Source: an uncultured Candidatus Saccharibacteria bacterium (GTDB lineage: Bacteria; Patescibacteriota; Minisyncoccia; 2-02-FULL-40-12; GWA2-44-9). Taken from it: a DNA stretch of 64,000 nucleotides. The stretch lies in assembly GCA_964513645.1 (NCBI GenBank), contig CAZENF010000002.1, forward strand, positions 8,090 to 72,089. Reading direction: 5' to 3'. Under the pieces are notes generated by a model that was not told the origin of the DNA, did no database searches, and was given only the letters and a program-made list of their open reading frames with translations. Position numbers and translations under genes: made by a program. Positions 47,971 to 58,047 of this stretch are shown here, in pieces. Every line of letters begins with the position of its first letter. The first letter of the stretch is position 1.

Positions 47971-50900
47971 CTAATATGGCGCGACTTCACGCCACTGGGG
48001 CAGTTTCTGGCCGATATAGAGATTGTTTTGATAGGTACATGAACCAGCATTATCAGTTGCGGTCAAAGAAACAGGAAAAGAACCGTTACCCGTAAATACA
48101 ACGCTGTAAGGCCCTTGAGTCCCTGTACCGGCCGGTGTCGGTACACCGGTTCCAAAATTCCAACTCCATGTCTTTCCCGATGAACTAGGGGCAAATACGG
48201 TCGAATCGGTAAAAGTAACAGGCGAACCGGATACTGGACTTGCCGGACTATAAGTAAAGGCGGTTTGAGGAAATGCATGAACCGGAGTCGTCCAACTTGC
48301 CTGCGATGCCGGCGGATTTACGCCATTAATATATGTACTCATCTTAACCCATGGCGACCAAACTCCGCTTGAATTCTGAACTCTGCCCCAGGCGGTATAT
48401 GTCGTATTCCAGACCATCTGACATGTCGTCTGTGGGCGGGTATCGGTCGGATTTAAAGTTACATTCGTGGAATTGTTGACCGGACAATTCGAAGTACTGC
48501 TTGAAAAAGTAGAGCCGCTGGTTATCGCTACCGGCACAGTTCCAGACTCCCATTCAGGATTCATGCTTGCACTGGCAACATTCGGATCGCTGACCAAATC
48601 ATTATCAATCATTGCTTGATAATTGATAGCGTTGAGACTTCCCGGATCTGTATAGATTCCCGAGACGGTAGCATGGACACCGGCACTGCAATAATAACCA
48701 TTGTTAACAGTCACGGTCATATTTGAAACACTTGGAGTCGGCACCGCGACATTGACAGTTACCTGGTCGGTGGCAATTCCTGCCGATCCATTACATGATA
48801 AAGTGTAAGTCGTATTCGCTATCAGGTTTGCGGTCGCAAGTGAGGTATTAACTATCGGGCCGTTAATGAAGTACCACTTCTGATTTGACGGTCGCCAGAC
48901 CGCAACTTCGGCCTTGCCTTTACTGTGATAGTATCCAGGGACAGGAACATCACCCGGAATACCGAGTTTTAAATTATAAGAGGCGGTGTAATTGCTTTCC
49001 GAGGTATATATAAACCAGTCCCCGGTACTTGGACGATATACGGCCAGGTCGGCCTTGCCGTCGCCGGTATAGTCTGCAGGTACCGGAATATCGGTTGCGG
49101 TGGCTAAGGCCAAGGTATAGCTGAGGCCGGCAGTCCAATTGCTGTTTGAAGTAAGTACCCACCAGGTTGTACTGGAAGGACGCCAAACAGCCATATCCGT
49201 TTTCCCGTCTCCGGTATAGTCTGCCTGAACAGGAACATCACCGGTCGTACCCCATGCTCTTGTAAAATATGTCTTATTGTTGTCATCGGAATTTAAAACA
49301 TACCAATAACCGGTATCCGGCTGGCCTGCACCAGAACGCCAAACAGCTAAATCTGCTTTCCCGTCACCGGTATAATCGCCTGGAACTGCAAGATCAAAAG
49401 TGGGAGTAGCTCCAAGACCCCAGCTAATATAAGGAGAAGGTGGGACAAGAACTGTATACCAACTCGTATAATTACTTTCCGAGGTCAGAACATACCAAGG
49501 ACCAGAACCGCTTCGCCATTCGCCAATATCTGTTTTTCCGTCACCGGTAAAATCAGCCATAGTCGGAACATCATAATAAGGACTATAAGCCAAAGTGAAC
49601 GGTATCGGAGTAACGTCGGTAACACCGTTTGGCGGAGAATAATCTATCGTCCAGCCGGAAGTTGCACTGTTAAAAATTGCAAGGTCTGTCAAGCCATCCC
49701 CGTTAAAATCACCCGACAACGGTGAACCTATCGCAGCTTTAAGATTAAGAGTTGTCGAATCGACTATTTGCTCGGCTGATTCGGGACGGCCGCCGGCAAC
49801 GCCAAATTGAAGCGAATAGGACGCTGGCCCAGGAGAAATAGTGCAACTATCGACGCTCGAACAGTTTACTCCGGTAGTTCCGCACCATCTTAAATTAGTA
49901 GAAGTGCCGGAATTAACACTGCAAGGACCGTTTGAAAAAGCTCCTGCTCCATTCGACTGACAAGTTGCATCAGCTGTCGCAGCGTTGGCATTGATAGTTA
50001 TCGCTGTGTCTGTGGAGTTACCGCCTGGATCAACACAGGTCAGATAAAAAGTTTTGCTTGGAGTTGTTATCGGACCCGTGGAATAAGTTCCGGAAGTTTG
50101 TCCATTATATAATTTTGCACTAAGTATCATGGTTCCGGGATCATACAAAGAAGTATCCAGACCGAGCGGGTAAGTTGGCGGTACGGTGCTGGTATAAAGT
50201 AAATTTCCATTTTGATAATATTTAACGGTTCCAAACTCAACCGCCACTCGCAAAAGGTCTCCGGCTGTATACGCTGCCAAAGGTCCTGCTTTCAAACTCC
50301 CTCCTTCGAATATATACAGATTGCCATCGACGTTGGGATATATCCCGTAATCAATGTCAGTATAGCTTTGATTTGAATCGCCATTTCCAAGTCCGGCAAT
50401 TTTATATTTAGTGGTATCGCCGACCACAAACTCAACATAGCCATCCCCCGAGGATATGGTTTGAATTGAAGAAGCACCTGTATCCCAGGCAGCCACTCCA
50501 CCTGTTTTAGTTATGGAACTTGCACCCACAGTGATATTTGCTGACGGTAGAATATTTTGCCATTGAACATTTGCGGCAGTCGGAGATACAAGTCCTGTTC
50601 CGATGTGGACATTGGATAAAGTCGCTCCGATACTGTAGAAAGATGAATCGAACAACAAAGGATAGGTCGGGAGGTTGGGGCTTGTGAACAAAAGCATCCC
50701 GTTCTTAAAATATTTAACCACACCCTTCTGTATTGCAACCCTGAAAATATCGCCTGCAACATAAGTCCCGACCGCAGCCCCGCCGTTTTGGAAAGCTGCG
50801 TTCTCTATGATATAGACATGGCCGTCTCCAGCAGCATAGAGAGCATATTTCATCTCAACATAACTCGGCGTGGTATCACTCGAGCTAAACCCTCCCATTT

Positions 50901-52161
50901 TATAAGCAGTGTTCTCAACGGTAGTAAATTCGACATAGCCGTCGCCGGAAGCGATAGTCTGGGTAGATGAGGCGCCTGCATCCCAGACATTATTTGTACC
51001 TCCGGTTTTGGTCAAAGTATTCCCGGTCACCGTTAAGGCGGTTACGTTCTGCCAAGTCGCATTGGACGGCGCACTCGTTGCCAGAGCACAGTATTGGGAA
51101 TTGGGACAAGGATTAGAAGCACCTCCGCACCATCTCAAATTAGTAGAAGCTCCCGAATCAACCGTGCAAGGACCATTTGAATAAGCTCCGGCTCCATTAG
51201 ATTGGCAGGTAATATCAGCTACCGGCGCTGGAACCAAAAGATTAAAATTAGTCTGAAAATTTACCCAGCCGGAAGATAAAGTTGTTAGGCCATTATAGAG
51301 ATAACCGGAAATATCATTATCGATGACCGGGGTTGTGTAGGGCAACTGGAAACGGACGGTAAAAACCGTAGTTCTGCTGTTTCCTGAAACAGAAGTAGTA
51401 CAAGCATCGAGATGGATGTTGGCGTCGCCATAACCTGGCTGAACCGCCGCATGGCCGCCTCCGGTACAGGCCCGGTAATCCTGATAGCCGTTCCAAGCAT
51501 CTAAATAATACCAGGTCAAATATCCCCTGTATAAAGGAGCGTTCTCACCTTGAAGATTTATAAGAACATATTCATGAGTGATATTCGCGCTCCCGGTGGA
51601 ATCGGAGCCGGTAATCGTAATATTATACTGGGTCGTATTGTCGGTCGTAACCAAAGGAGAACTGATGGTAACATTGTCTACGGTTGGGGGAGGGGCGGCG
51701 TATGCGGCCTGGGCATAATAAGCTGCCTGCCCATAATAAGTCGACTGGGCGTAGTAGGATGATTGGGAATAGCCATACGTTCCTTGGGCATAAGGATATG
51801 TTGCTTCGGCATAAGGATATGTTCCTTGGGCATAAGGATATGTTGCTTCGGCATAAGGATATGCTGCTTCGGCATAAGTTATAATACAAGATTCAAAAGG
51901 CCCGCAAGCATAAGCAGGGGCCGCACATCCGCCGCACGAATAAGTCGTCCCATAACAAGGGTCGTCGTTTCTTGTAGCACAAGAAGTACACACGTCAGAA
52001 CTATAAACCGGGTTGTCTCCGCAAGGAGGATCGTTATTACCATGACATGTGTATCTTAAAAGACACACCATTGACGAAGCGTCTTTAACGCTTAAAGACA
52101 AGCTCAGAAATATAACAGCCACAGGAACTAAGACCAAAAAAACAGCATACCGATGTTTCAT
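47971..52161 (-). CDS. Large exported adhesin-like protein: Cys-rich head, Tyr repeats, two beta-sandwich repeats, FG-GAP repeats, PKD-like end
   Basis: YAEATYP and YYAQ repeats; duplicated WQN...SGDGYVEF...PTYPL; repeated D(Y/F)TGDGK.DLAV.R; W.W.FG PKD motif. Confidence 0.85.
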   Translation of the reverse strand: MKHRYAVFLVLVPVAVIFLSLSLSVKDASSMVCLLRYTCHGNNDPPCGDNPVYSSDVCTSCATRNDDPCYGTTYSCGGCAAPAYACGPFESCIITYAEAAYPYAEATYPYAQGTYPYAEATYPYAQGTYGYSQSSYYAQSTYYGQAAYYAQAAYAAPPPTVDNVTISSPLVTTDNTTQYNITITGSDSTGSANITHEYVLINLQGENAPLYRGYLTWYYLDAWNGYQDYRACTGGGHAAVQPGYGDANIHLDACTTSVSGNSRTTVFTVRFQLPYTTPVIDNDISGYLYNGLTTLSSGWVNFQTNFNLLVPAPVADITCQSNGAGAYSNGPCTVDSGASTNLRWCGGASNPCPNSQYCALATSAPSNATWQNVTALTVTGNTLTKTGGTNNVWDAGASSTQTIASGDGYVEFTTVENTAYKMGGFSSSDTTPSYVEMKYALYAAGDGHVYIIENAAFQNGGAAVGTYVAGDIFRVAIQKGVVKYFKNGMLLFTSPNLPTYPLLFDSSFYSIGATLSNVHIGTGLVSPTAANVQWQNILPSANITVGASSITKTGGVAAWDTGASSIQTISSGDGYVEFVVGDTTKYKIAGLGNGDSNQSYTDIDYGIYPNVDGNLYIFEGGSLKAGPLAAYTAGDLLRVAVEFGTVKYYQNGNLLYTSTVPPTYPLGLDTSLYDPGTMILSAKLYNGQTSGTYSTGPITTPSKTFYLTCVDPGGNSTDTAITINANAATADATCQSNGAGAFSNGPCSVNSGTSTNLRWCGTTGVNCSSVDSCTISPGPASYSLQFGVAGGRPESAEQIVDSTTLNLKAAIGSPLSGDFNGDGLTDLAIFNSATSGWTIDYSPPNGVTDVTPIPFTLAYSPYYDVPTMADFTGDGKTDIGEWRSGSGPWYVLTSESNYTSWYTVLVPPSPYISWGLGATPTFDLAVPGDYTGDGKADLAVWRSGAGQPDTGYWYVLNSDDNNKTYFTRAWGTTGDVPVQADYTGDGKTDMAVWRPSSTTWWVLTSNSNWTAGLSYTLALATATDIPVPADYTGDGKADLAVYRPSTGDWFIYTSESNYTASYNLKLGIPGDVPVPGYYHSKGKAEVAVWRPSNQKWYFINGPIVNTSLATANLIANTTYTLSCNGSAGIATDQVTVNVAVPTPSVSNMTVTVNNGYYCSAGVHATVSGIYTDPGSLNAINYQAMIDNDLVSDPNVASASMNPEWESGTVPVAITSGSTFSSSTSNCPVNNSTNVTLNPTDTRPQTTCQMVWNTTYTAWGRVQNSSGVWSPWVKMSTYINGVNPPASQASWTTPVHAFPQTAFTYSPASPVSGSPVTFTDSTVFAPSSSGKTWSWNFGTGVPTPAGTGTQGPYSVVFTGNGSFPVSLTATDNAGSCTYQNNLYIGQKLPQWREVAPY

Positions 52162-52682
52162 TGAATTGAGACTAATAATATTTTTACTTTAATATTGTCT
52201 TTTGTTGTCTGCTCCATCTCTATTCTACCCTGGTAAATTACGCCTTGAATTTCTATGATGGCAGATCTTTCATCCCTGATGCCGCCCAACAATTTCCAGT
52301 CGTTGGAGTAAAGCACTTTAAAATAATCGAAATACGGTTGAGGAAGATTGCTTTTGATATCGAAATTAAATTCGTATCCATTTTTACCATTTTCGTATTG
52401 TACTTCTCTGGCTTGAAAGTTAGTGGCATTATTTGGTTTTAAAAAATTAAGTTCTGTCTGGAACGTGGCCGCACTTTTTTCTGACGCAATCGGAGGAATA
52501 ACAAGCTTTCCTGCATAACCGGAAATATTGAGTGATAAATTAGTATCCGGACTGGGAGCAGGTGTAGCCGAATTTACCAATAAATGACTGTCTTGTTTCT
52601 GGGTCTCGTACTTTGAGATCATAAAAAAAACCGAGGCCGCCAAAATCATCAAACCGAATATAATACCTTTTTTATCATTCAT
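52158..52682 (-). CDS. Membrane-anchored partner protein A
   Basis: ATGA overlap with the adhesin; similar to 54749-55279 (V.Y.NGK.GY...DW...Y(Q).RI). Confidence 0.7.
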   Translation of the reverse strand: MNDKKGIIFGLMILAASVFFMISKYETQKQDSHLLVNSATPAPSPDTNLSLNISGYAGKLVIPPIASEKSAATFQTELNFLKPNNATNFQAREVQYENGKNGYEFNFDIKSNLPQPYFDYFKVLYSNDWKLLGGIRDERSAIIEIQGVIYQGRIEMEQTTKDNIKVKILLVSIQ

Positions 52683-52796
52683 ATTTTAATAAAATGTAAA
52701 TTCTCTAAACTATATATATTATAACGCACCCCTAAAAATAAAAAAGCCGGTTTAGCAACCTTCTGATCGCTAAACCGGCTTGAAATTTGAGGTGCA

Positions 52797-53276
52797 TTAT
52801 TTGAGCACCCCGTAGAACTTGATCCAGCCGCTGACACTTACTTCTTTGTTTGACCTAAAACCTACAAACTTATTGCCATCCAGTCCGTTAACTTCCAACT
52901 CGATACTTTTGGGATCGACTTCCATGTTTGAGTTCCGTACAACAATAACCCAGCACTTGTAACCACTGTGAATGTCGTTCCAAGACAAATCACAATGATC
53001 GGATCCTGGCCTGTTCTCCATAATAGCAATCTCGGTGTAAGCATCCGGTGGCCCTGGCACAGATCCAACCTCGGCCTTAAGGACCCCTTTCCCGAAATCA
53101 TTCAGGTCCACTTCGTAGCCACCCCACGGACCCGGCCAGTTAGTTCCAAAGATCTGCCGGAGCTGATATTCGGACGGCGTGTTATGAGCACTTGGAGCTA
53201 CGGGATTGAGGGATCCCCGATCGCAACCAGCAATCAATGGGACCACTAAAACCAGGGCCACGGAAAATAACTTCAT
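52797..53276 (-). CDS. Hypothetical lipoprotein
   Basis: Lipobox LIAGC; AGGAGG SD; own terminator near 52741-52781. Confidence 0.65.
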   Translation of the reverse strand: MKLFSVALVLVVPLIAGCDRGSLNPVAPSAHNTPSEYQLRQIFGTNWPGPWGGYEVDLNDFGKGVLKAEVGSVPGPPDAYTEIAIMENRPGSDHCDLSWNDIHSGYKCWVIVVRNSNMEVDPKSIELEVNGLDGNKFVGFRSNKEVSVSGWIKFYGVLK

Positions 53277-53411
53277 TACATCCTCCTAATTTCAGACTTT
53301 TTTAAGGATATCTTGTAAATGACCTATATGGATGAATTATACCACAAATTACCCAAAAAAGCAACGAGTTCTCCGGTTCCTGCCAAAGACACGATAAAAC
53401 GTATTTAATCC

Positions 53412-54752
53412 TCAAGGTATCGGCGGCCTCTGGCCTCTAAGAATGGAGTCGACGAGGTAGACGAAACCTTTGCCGATAAGGACGATTATAAACCCGATAA
53501 GAGCCCAGAAGAGGATATTCTTGGCCTTTTGGATCTCACCAGGGTTACCTCTCGAAAAGACGAACCTTATGCCGGCGTATAGGATAAGGATGACTATTAA
53601 TGAACCTGCGATGTTTAATATCCAATTGGAGATGAGGGTTATTAGTCCAAAGATATCATAAGGCTGGCCGTAGAGAGGATTTACTATCCTCCAGGGGATG
53701 CTGACGGGTTGGCCGGGGTTGATAGGGCCCGGACCATTATTACAAGCACTGCTACCTGTCTGGCAAATGGTAACATTGGCGGACTGGGTTATGGTATAGT
53801 CGGGCCACAAAGCCCCCCCGTCACATTCTATCTTTGCGTAGTAATATTTAGTCCCGGTCGATTGGGGAGGATAAAAAGTAAAATTAGCACTTTCGTTTAA
53901 GTTCACTAATTGTTGAGTATTATCGAAATTAGCTACCCGCCGATAAATGAGAGGAACACCATTATCGTCAAAAATTGACCACAAAACATCTGTTGGCGGA
54001 TTACCAAAGGTGCTGTTGCACTTACCCCAGTCTATCAGTAAGGCCGGATAGACGTTTATACCGACTGTGGCATTTAGATTATCTCCGGAATTAGCTTGTT
54101 TTGGTTGAATATCAAATGTGACATCGACTCCAGGAATGGCTTGTGGGTTGGGAGTTGAGGTGGGGGGAATAGGCGTTGGGGTGGTATATGTTGCTTGAGC
54201 ATAATAGGCTGATTGGGCATAGTAGGATGATTGAGAATAGCCCGGGCCATATGATGCTTGGGCATAGTAGGCAGCTTGGGCATAGTAGGCAGCTTGGGCA
54301 TAGTAGGCAGCTTGGGCATAGTAAGTCGATTGACCGTAGTATGCGGACTGGCCATAATAGGATGACTGACCGTAGTATGTTGATTGGGCATAGTAAGATG
54401 CCTGACTATAGTAAGACGCTTGAGCATAGTAGCTTGACTCTGAATAATACGCCGCCTCTGAATACGCGGCAACGCAACTATAAAAAGGTCCACAGGATCT
54501 TCCGGCTGAACATCCACCGCAGGTATAGGTTGCACCGCCACAGGGATCATCTGTTCTTTGAACGCATGTCCCGCTGCAAGCTGACATGACCGGACAATCA
54601 CCACAAAAACCGGTTCCAGGCCCGCAGTTAGGAGAACATTGGTAGCCAGTAATGCAGGAGGTCTGGGCAGAAACATACCCGCTAAAATACAAAAACGCCA
54701 GGATTACCAAGATAAAGGTTAAGATCGTTGTGAAAAGATATTTTTGTCTCAT
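53412..54752 (-). CDS. Cys-rich/Tyr-repeat protein with C-terminal VirB2/TrbC-like pilin domain
   Basis: YYAQAA-type repeats; C-terminal NPL...YAGIRFVFSRGNP....KAKNILFWALIG. Confidence 0.8.
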   Translation of the reverse strand: MRQKYLFTTILTFILVILAFLYFSGYVSAQTSCITGYQCSPNCGPGTGFCGDCPVMSACSGTCVQRTDDPCGGATYTCGGCSAGRSCGPFYSCVAAYSEAAYYSESSYYAQASYYSQASYYAQSTYYGQSSYYGQSAYYGQSTYYAQAAYYAQAAYYAQAAYYAQASYGPGYSQSSYYAQSAYYAQATYTTPTPIPPTSTPNPQAIPGVDVTFDIQPKQANSGDNLNATVGINVYPALLIDWGKCNSTFGNPPTDVLWSIFDDNGVPLIYRRVANFDNTQQLVNLNESANFTFYPPQSTGTKYYYAKIECDGGALWPDYTITQSANVTICQTGSSACNNGPGPINPGQPVSIPWRIVNPLYGQPYDIFGLITLISNWILNIAGSLIVILILYAGIRFVFSRGNPGEIQKAKNILFWALIGFIIVLIGKGFVYLVDSILRGQRPPIP

Positions 54753-55279
54753 GGAAGGGTCACAATATATATATCGATATCAACCTTGCCGTTTCCTTTG
54801 GGATAAAATACGATCCGGCTTTGATAATTAAAAGTTTTTAGATCGATAACGGACAAAGCGTTGTTGTGGGCCGCATACACAACCTGCCAATCCTGATTAG
54901 AATTAAATTTTAAAGAATATTCGGAAAAGACATTTTCCATTGACCGGCCTACTTCAAAAGAATCAGTATAACCTTGTTTACCATTGATATAATTAACTTT
55001 GCTAATGCGGAGATTCGTTGCACCGTTAATTTTAAAAATATTAAAAACTGGGGGTAATGAATTTACTCCTGTTCGAGAAGCGACTCTCGGAAAGTCTATA
55101 TTGTCACCGAGTACGGAATTTCTCACACCGGAAACGGAGGGCAACGGTGATTTAGGCCCAATTTTGTCGGAATTCGTTTGGGTCCTACTCTTGATTATAA
55201 TGAGATACGAGGACCCTAAAGCCATGATTATAATAAACGTGCTTATTATAATAGTTTTCTTGGAGGCCATACTATTCAA
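54749..55279 (-). CDS. Membrane-anchored partner protein B
   Basis: ATGA overlap with the pilin gene; paralogue of 52158-52682. Confidence 0.7.
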   Translation of the reverse strand: MNSMASKKTIIISTFIIIMALGSSYLIIIKSRTQTNSDKIGPKSPLPSVSGVRNSVLGDNIDFPRVASRTGVNSLPPVFNIFKINGATNLRISKVNYINGKQGYTDSFEVGRSMENVFSEYSLKFNSNQDWQVVYAAHNNALSVIDLKTFNYQSRIVFYPKGNGKVDIDIYIVTLP

Positions 55280-55328
55280 TTTTATCTAAATTTTGACAAG
55301 CAAACAAGTACAAAGTCAACAATGAGTT

Positions 55329-56528
55329 CTACTTAAAACATTTTGTTTTCCAGGGTTCGGGTAAGGCGTTGCACATATTGATGAAATCCGAAGAGCCCTG
55401 ATGAAAATTATATTTTGAATAGAAAAGGAGTTCATTGTAACAAGTGTCCCCCACTCCGAACTCCTCGGCTGCCCGGCAAAAGGCAACCGATTTATCTATA
55501 AGCCGGTAGTCCGTTTCTATGAACCTGGAGGCCGAATCGGCAAAACATTGGCCTTTGATATTCTGGGGTAAAGCCCGACATAGAGTTTCAATTGTCGGCT
55601 GGTCAAAATTCACCTGAACCGGTATCACAAAGAACATTGCACTCAAACATCTGTTCTTTAAATTTTGGTCCCGGGTAAAGGAACAAAATTTGACCAGGCC
55701 GTCCGGAGTTAATATCTGACTACGTGATAGCGGCCAGGATTCATTGTGGCATGAGGCCGCAGGAATACTTGAGAACTTGTCGCACAACTTAAAAGCCGCC
55801 GCCGGTGTGTGGGGAGCGATATTTTTCACCAAAGCAAAATCTTCATCTTCAAGCGGTTGGAATATTTGCATAAAATTCCCGTCGTAACATACCTGAAGAA
55901 AATTGCGTCCGTCCGGTTTAACCGCGACTTTCTGGCAAAGGTCATTGGACTTTTTAGCATCCGCTTCGGTAATATACATCAGAAGATGTCCCAATGCATG
56001 GTAACAACTGGCCTGCTCCATTCCGGTCGGATGCCAATTCTGTCTTTCTTCACAGACCCCCTGAAGTTGGGGCAAAATGCTGTTTATTTGACTGTCATCA
56101 AGCGCCTCCGTCCTGAATCTCTCCTGAAAAGCCCCGTGGATACAGCCATTAGAACAGAGCCCGCTCGGACACTCGGTCACAACATCCGCCCATTTCGAAG
56201 GATCTTTTTTTGTTTCCCGCGCACTTAAGTTATGACCCAGAACATGACAGAACACATAACTTTTGTCCTCGTCCTGAACAAGTCTGGTAACCTGAAAAGC
56301 ATCTTGCATTGAAATATAGTCCATCAGTTTCGGTATCTCGGTGTCATAGCAGGTCGGTTTATAAGATTCTTTGGAACACTTAACCACGATCTGGTCGGCA
56401 TATTCCTGAAGGGTTTTGACAGATCCGGTTTTAGAGATCTTAAAAAAATAAATACCGTAAGCCGAGGCCGCTCCGACAAGGATTATAAATAGAGAAAGGT
56501 AAAAAGTTTTGGATGAAAAAAGTTTCAT
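55329..56528 (-). CDS. Exported Cys-rich helical protein with His motifs
   Basis: CHVLGH, CSNGCIHG, CYHALGH. Confidence 0.75.
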   Translation of the reverse strand: MKLFSSKTFYLSLFIILVGAASAYGIYFFKISKTGSVKTLQEYADQIVVKCSKESYKPTCYDTEIPKLMDYISMQDAFQVTRLVQDEDKSYVFCHVLGHNLSARETKKDPSKWADVVTECPSGLCSNGCIHGAFQERFRTEALDDSQINSILPQLQGVCEERQNWHPTGMEQASCYHALGHLLMYITEADAKKSNDLCQKVAVKPDGRNFLQVCYDGNFMQIFQPLEDEDFALVKNIAPHTPAAAFKLCDKFSSIPAASCHNESWPLSRSQILTPDGLVKFCSFTRDQNLKNRCLSAMFFVIPVQVNFDQPTIETLCRALPQNIKGQCFADSASRFIETDYRLIDKSVAFCRAAEEFGVGDTCYNELLFYSKYNFHQGSSDFINMCNALPEPWKTKCFK

Positions 56529-56532
56529 AAAT

Positions 56533-58032
56533 TTATTGACCGGAACAGAATTTTTGATAATCTTTGTCGACCGATGAACAGATCTCGGTCCTCTTTTGAG
56601 AATTGTACCAAATGCTCAACCTCGTCAAAATATATCTGTAACACTCGTTTCGTTCATCGTCCTTAAGTTCGGGCCGTTTACAAAATGCCAAACCCTTAAC
56701 ATATTCTTTGCCAGGTTCTCCGTATTTCATGTGTCCGCCGGCCAATCCTTCTACACACGGCAGTCTTAGGTCACCAGAAACAGAGTGGCATAAATTTATT
56801 CCATCCAAAATATCAAAATCCTGGCTACGAGTATGCAATCTTATGTATTCATGGAACAAACTTACCGCGGTCATTTCCTTAACCGTGTAGCCGAAGAGCT
56901 CGAGATTTTCCTTATCACCATCAGAAGGAATTGTTTCGATCTTTTTTACTTCTTCTTTAAAATTCTCACGATAAAGAATTTCAATTGCCGGAAGCATATT
57001 GGTATAGCAAGCTTCCTTGTTGTTTATCGGCTGGGTTTTACAGAAAGAAAAAGGGTCTTTAGCCAACTCATCTAATTGATATTTATCATTGTGAGACAGG
57101 ATCTCAATAGAGTTATAGGCCCCGGAAATGCAGCGGTACCTTTCCATCGGATTGCTTGCCACGCCATCACATATCTTCAATCCGGGTTTGATCATTTTTT
57201 CAGGGTCTCCCCAGGCCTCGGTATCGTCGCCATCCACTGTCCCGTGGCCTATTCCATGAAAACACGCTCCCCCGGCATCGGAGGTTTGTCCGCTTAGTTG
57301 TTTTTGGGCATAATCACAAAATTCTTTGGCCTTGGACGGGTCTCCGGTTTTTTTCAAAAGCGCTTCCATAAAACCATGATAAAAACCATAAGCGCAGTAT
57401 GATGTCTTGGGGCTTAATTTGATATCTTGATGTTGAGAAAATCTTTCATAAGCCGCCTGACCGAGACGATGAACAAAACCGTGGCAGTTGGCGGCAAAAT
57501 ACGGGTCAGACTCGTAAAGCTGGGCTAATTGCTGGAAAGCAACGTCAAGACCTTTGGTTTCGAGGGTGTTGTCCAAGGAATCTTCCCAGCATTGGATCTT
57601 GTCGTTTTGTTGAGGATCATTGCAGTTAATTTTTACGGCCGAACCGTTACGGTCGAGAACATTTATCACTCCTCTTGAAGAAGGATCTAAGTGGTTATGA
57701 AATTTCCAGCTGCCGATCCTATCAAATTTAAAACTCCATGATTTATCGGGGTCTACCGGGTGCTTCGGGTCAAATTCAGGATAAATGTCGTGTGTCGGAT
57801 GCGGATCGGAAGCAGGCCAGAATGCTTGGTCTAATTGGGTCGTAAAGATTACAGTATCTCCCTGGTTGATGGTCAATGTTGAAGGGAAAAAACCGTCTTT
57901 GGTCATAGAAACGGTATAATTTTTGGAATTAGCAGGAAAATATTTATAAAAAAATCCAAAAACATAAATGAGAGTTAAGAAAAGAACCAAGACGATTATT
58001 TTAAGCTTCGTGTTTTGTAAAATTTTTATCAA
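56533..58032 (-). CDS. Cupredoxin-like domain fused to Cys/His-motif domain
   Basis: GF.P..LTINQGDTV.F, ASDPHPTH, WKFHNH; CHGFVH, GFYHG, CFHGIGH. Confidence 0.78.
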   Translation of the reverse strand: MIKILQNTKLKIIVLVLFLTLIYVFGFFYKYFPANSKNYTVSMTKDGFFPSTLTINQGDTVIFTTQLDQAFWPASDPHPTHDIYPEFDPKHPVDPDKSWSFKFDRIGSWKFHNHLDPSSRGVINVLDRNGSAVKINCNDPQQNDKIQCWEDSLDNTLETKGLDVAFQQLAQLYESDPYFAANCHGFVHRLGQAAYERFSQHQDIKLSPKTSYCAYGFYHGFMEALLKKTGDPSKAKEFCDYAQKQLSGQTSDAGGACFHGIGHGTVDGDDTEAWGDPEKMIKPGLKICDGVASNPMERYRCISGAYNSIEILSHNDKYQLDELAKDPFSFCKTQPINNKEACYTNMLPAIEILYRENFKEEVKKIETIPSDGDKENLELFGYTVKEMTAVSLFHEYIRLHTRSQDFDILDGINLCHSVSGDLRLPCVEGLAGGHMKYGEPGKEYVKGLAFCKRPELKDDERNECYRYILTRLSIWYNSQKRTEICSSVDKDYQKFCSGQ

Positions 58033-58047
58033 AGATGTGATGATTTT

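Noticed and set aside
51698-54470. CRISPR array
   Set aside because: The repeats are 18/21-bp in-frame tandem units without spacers, and there are no cas genes.
51623-54676. Alternative-frame repetitive ORFs (MPKQHIL, LGHSRQ, MPKLPT and similar)
   Set aside because: Shadows of the Tyr-repeat DNA.
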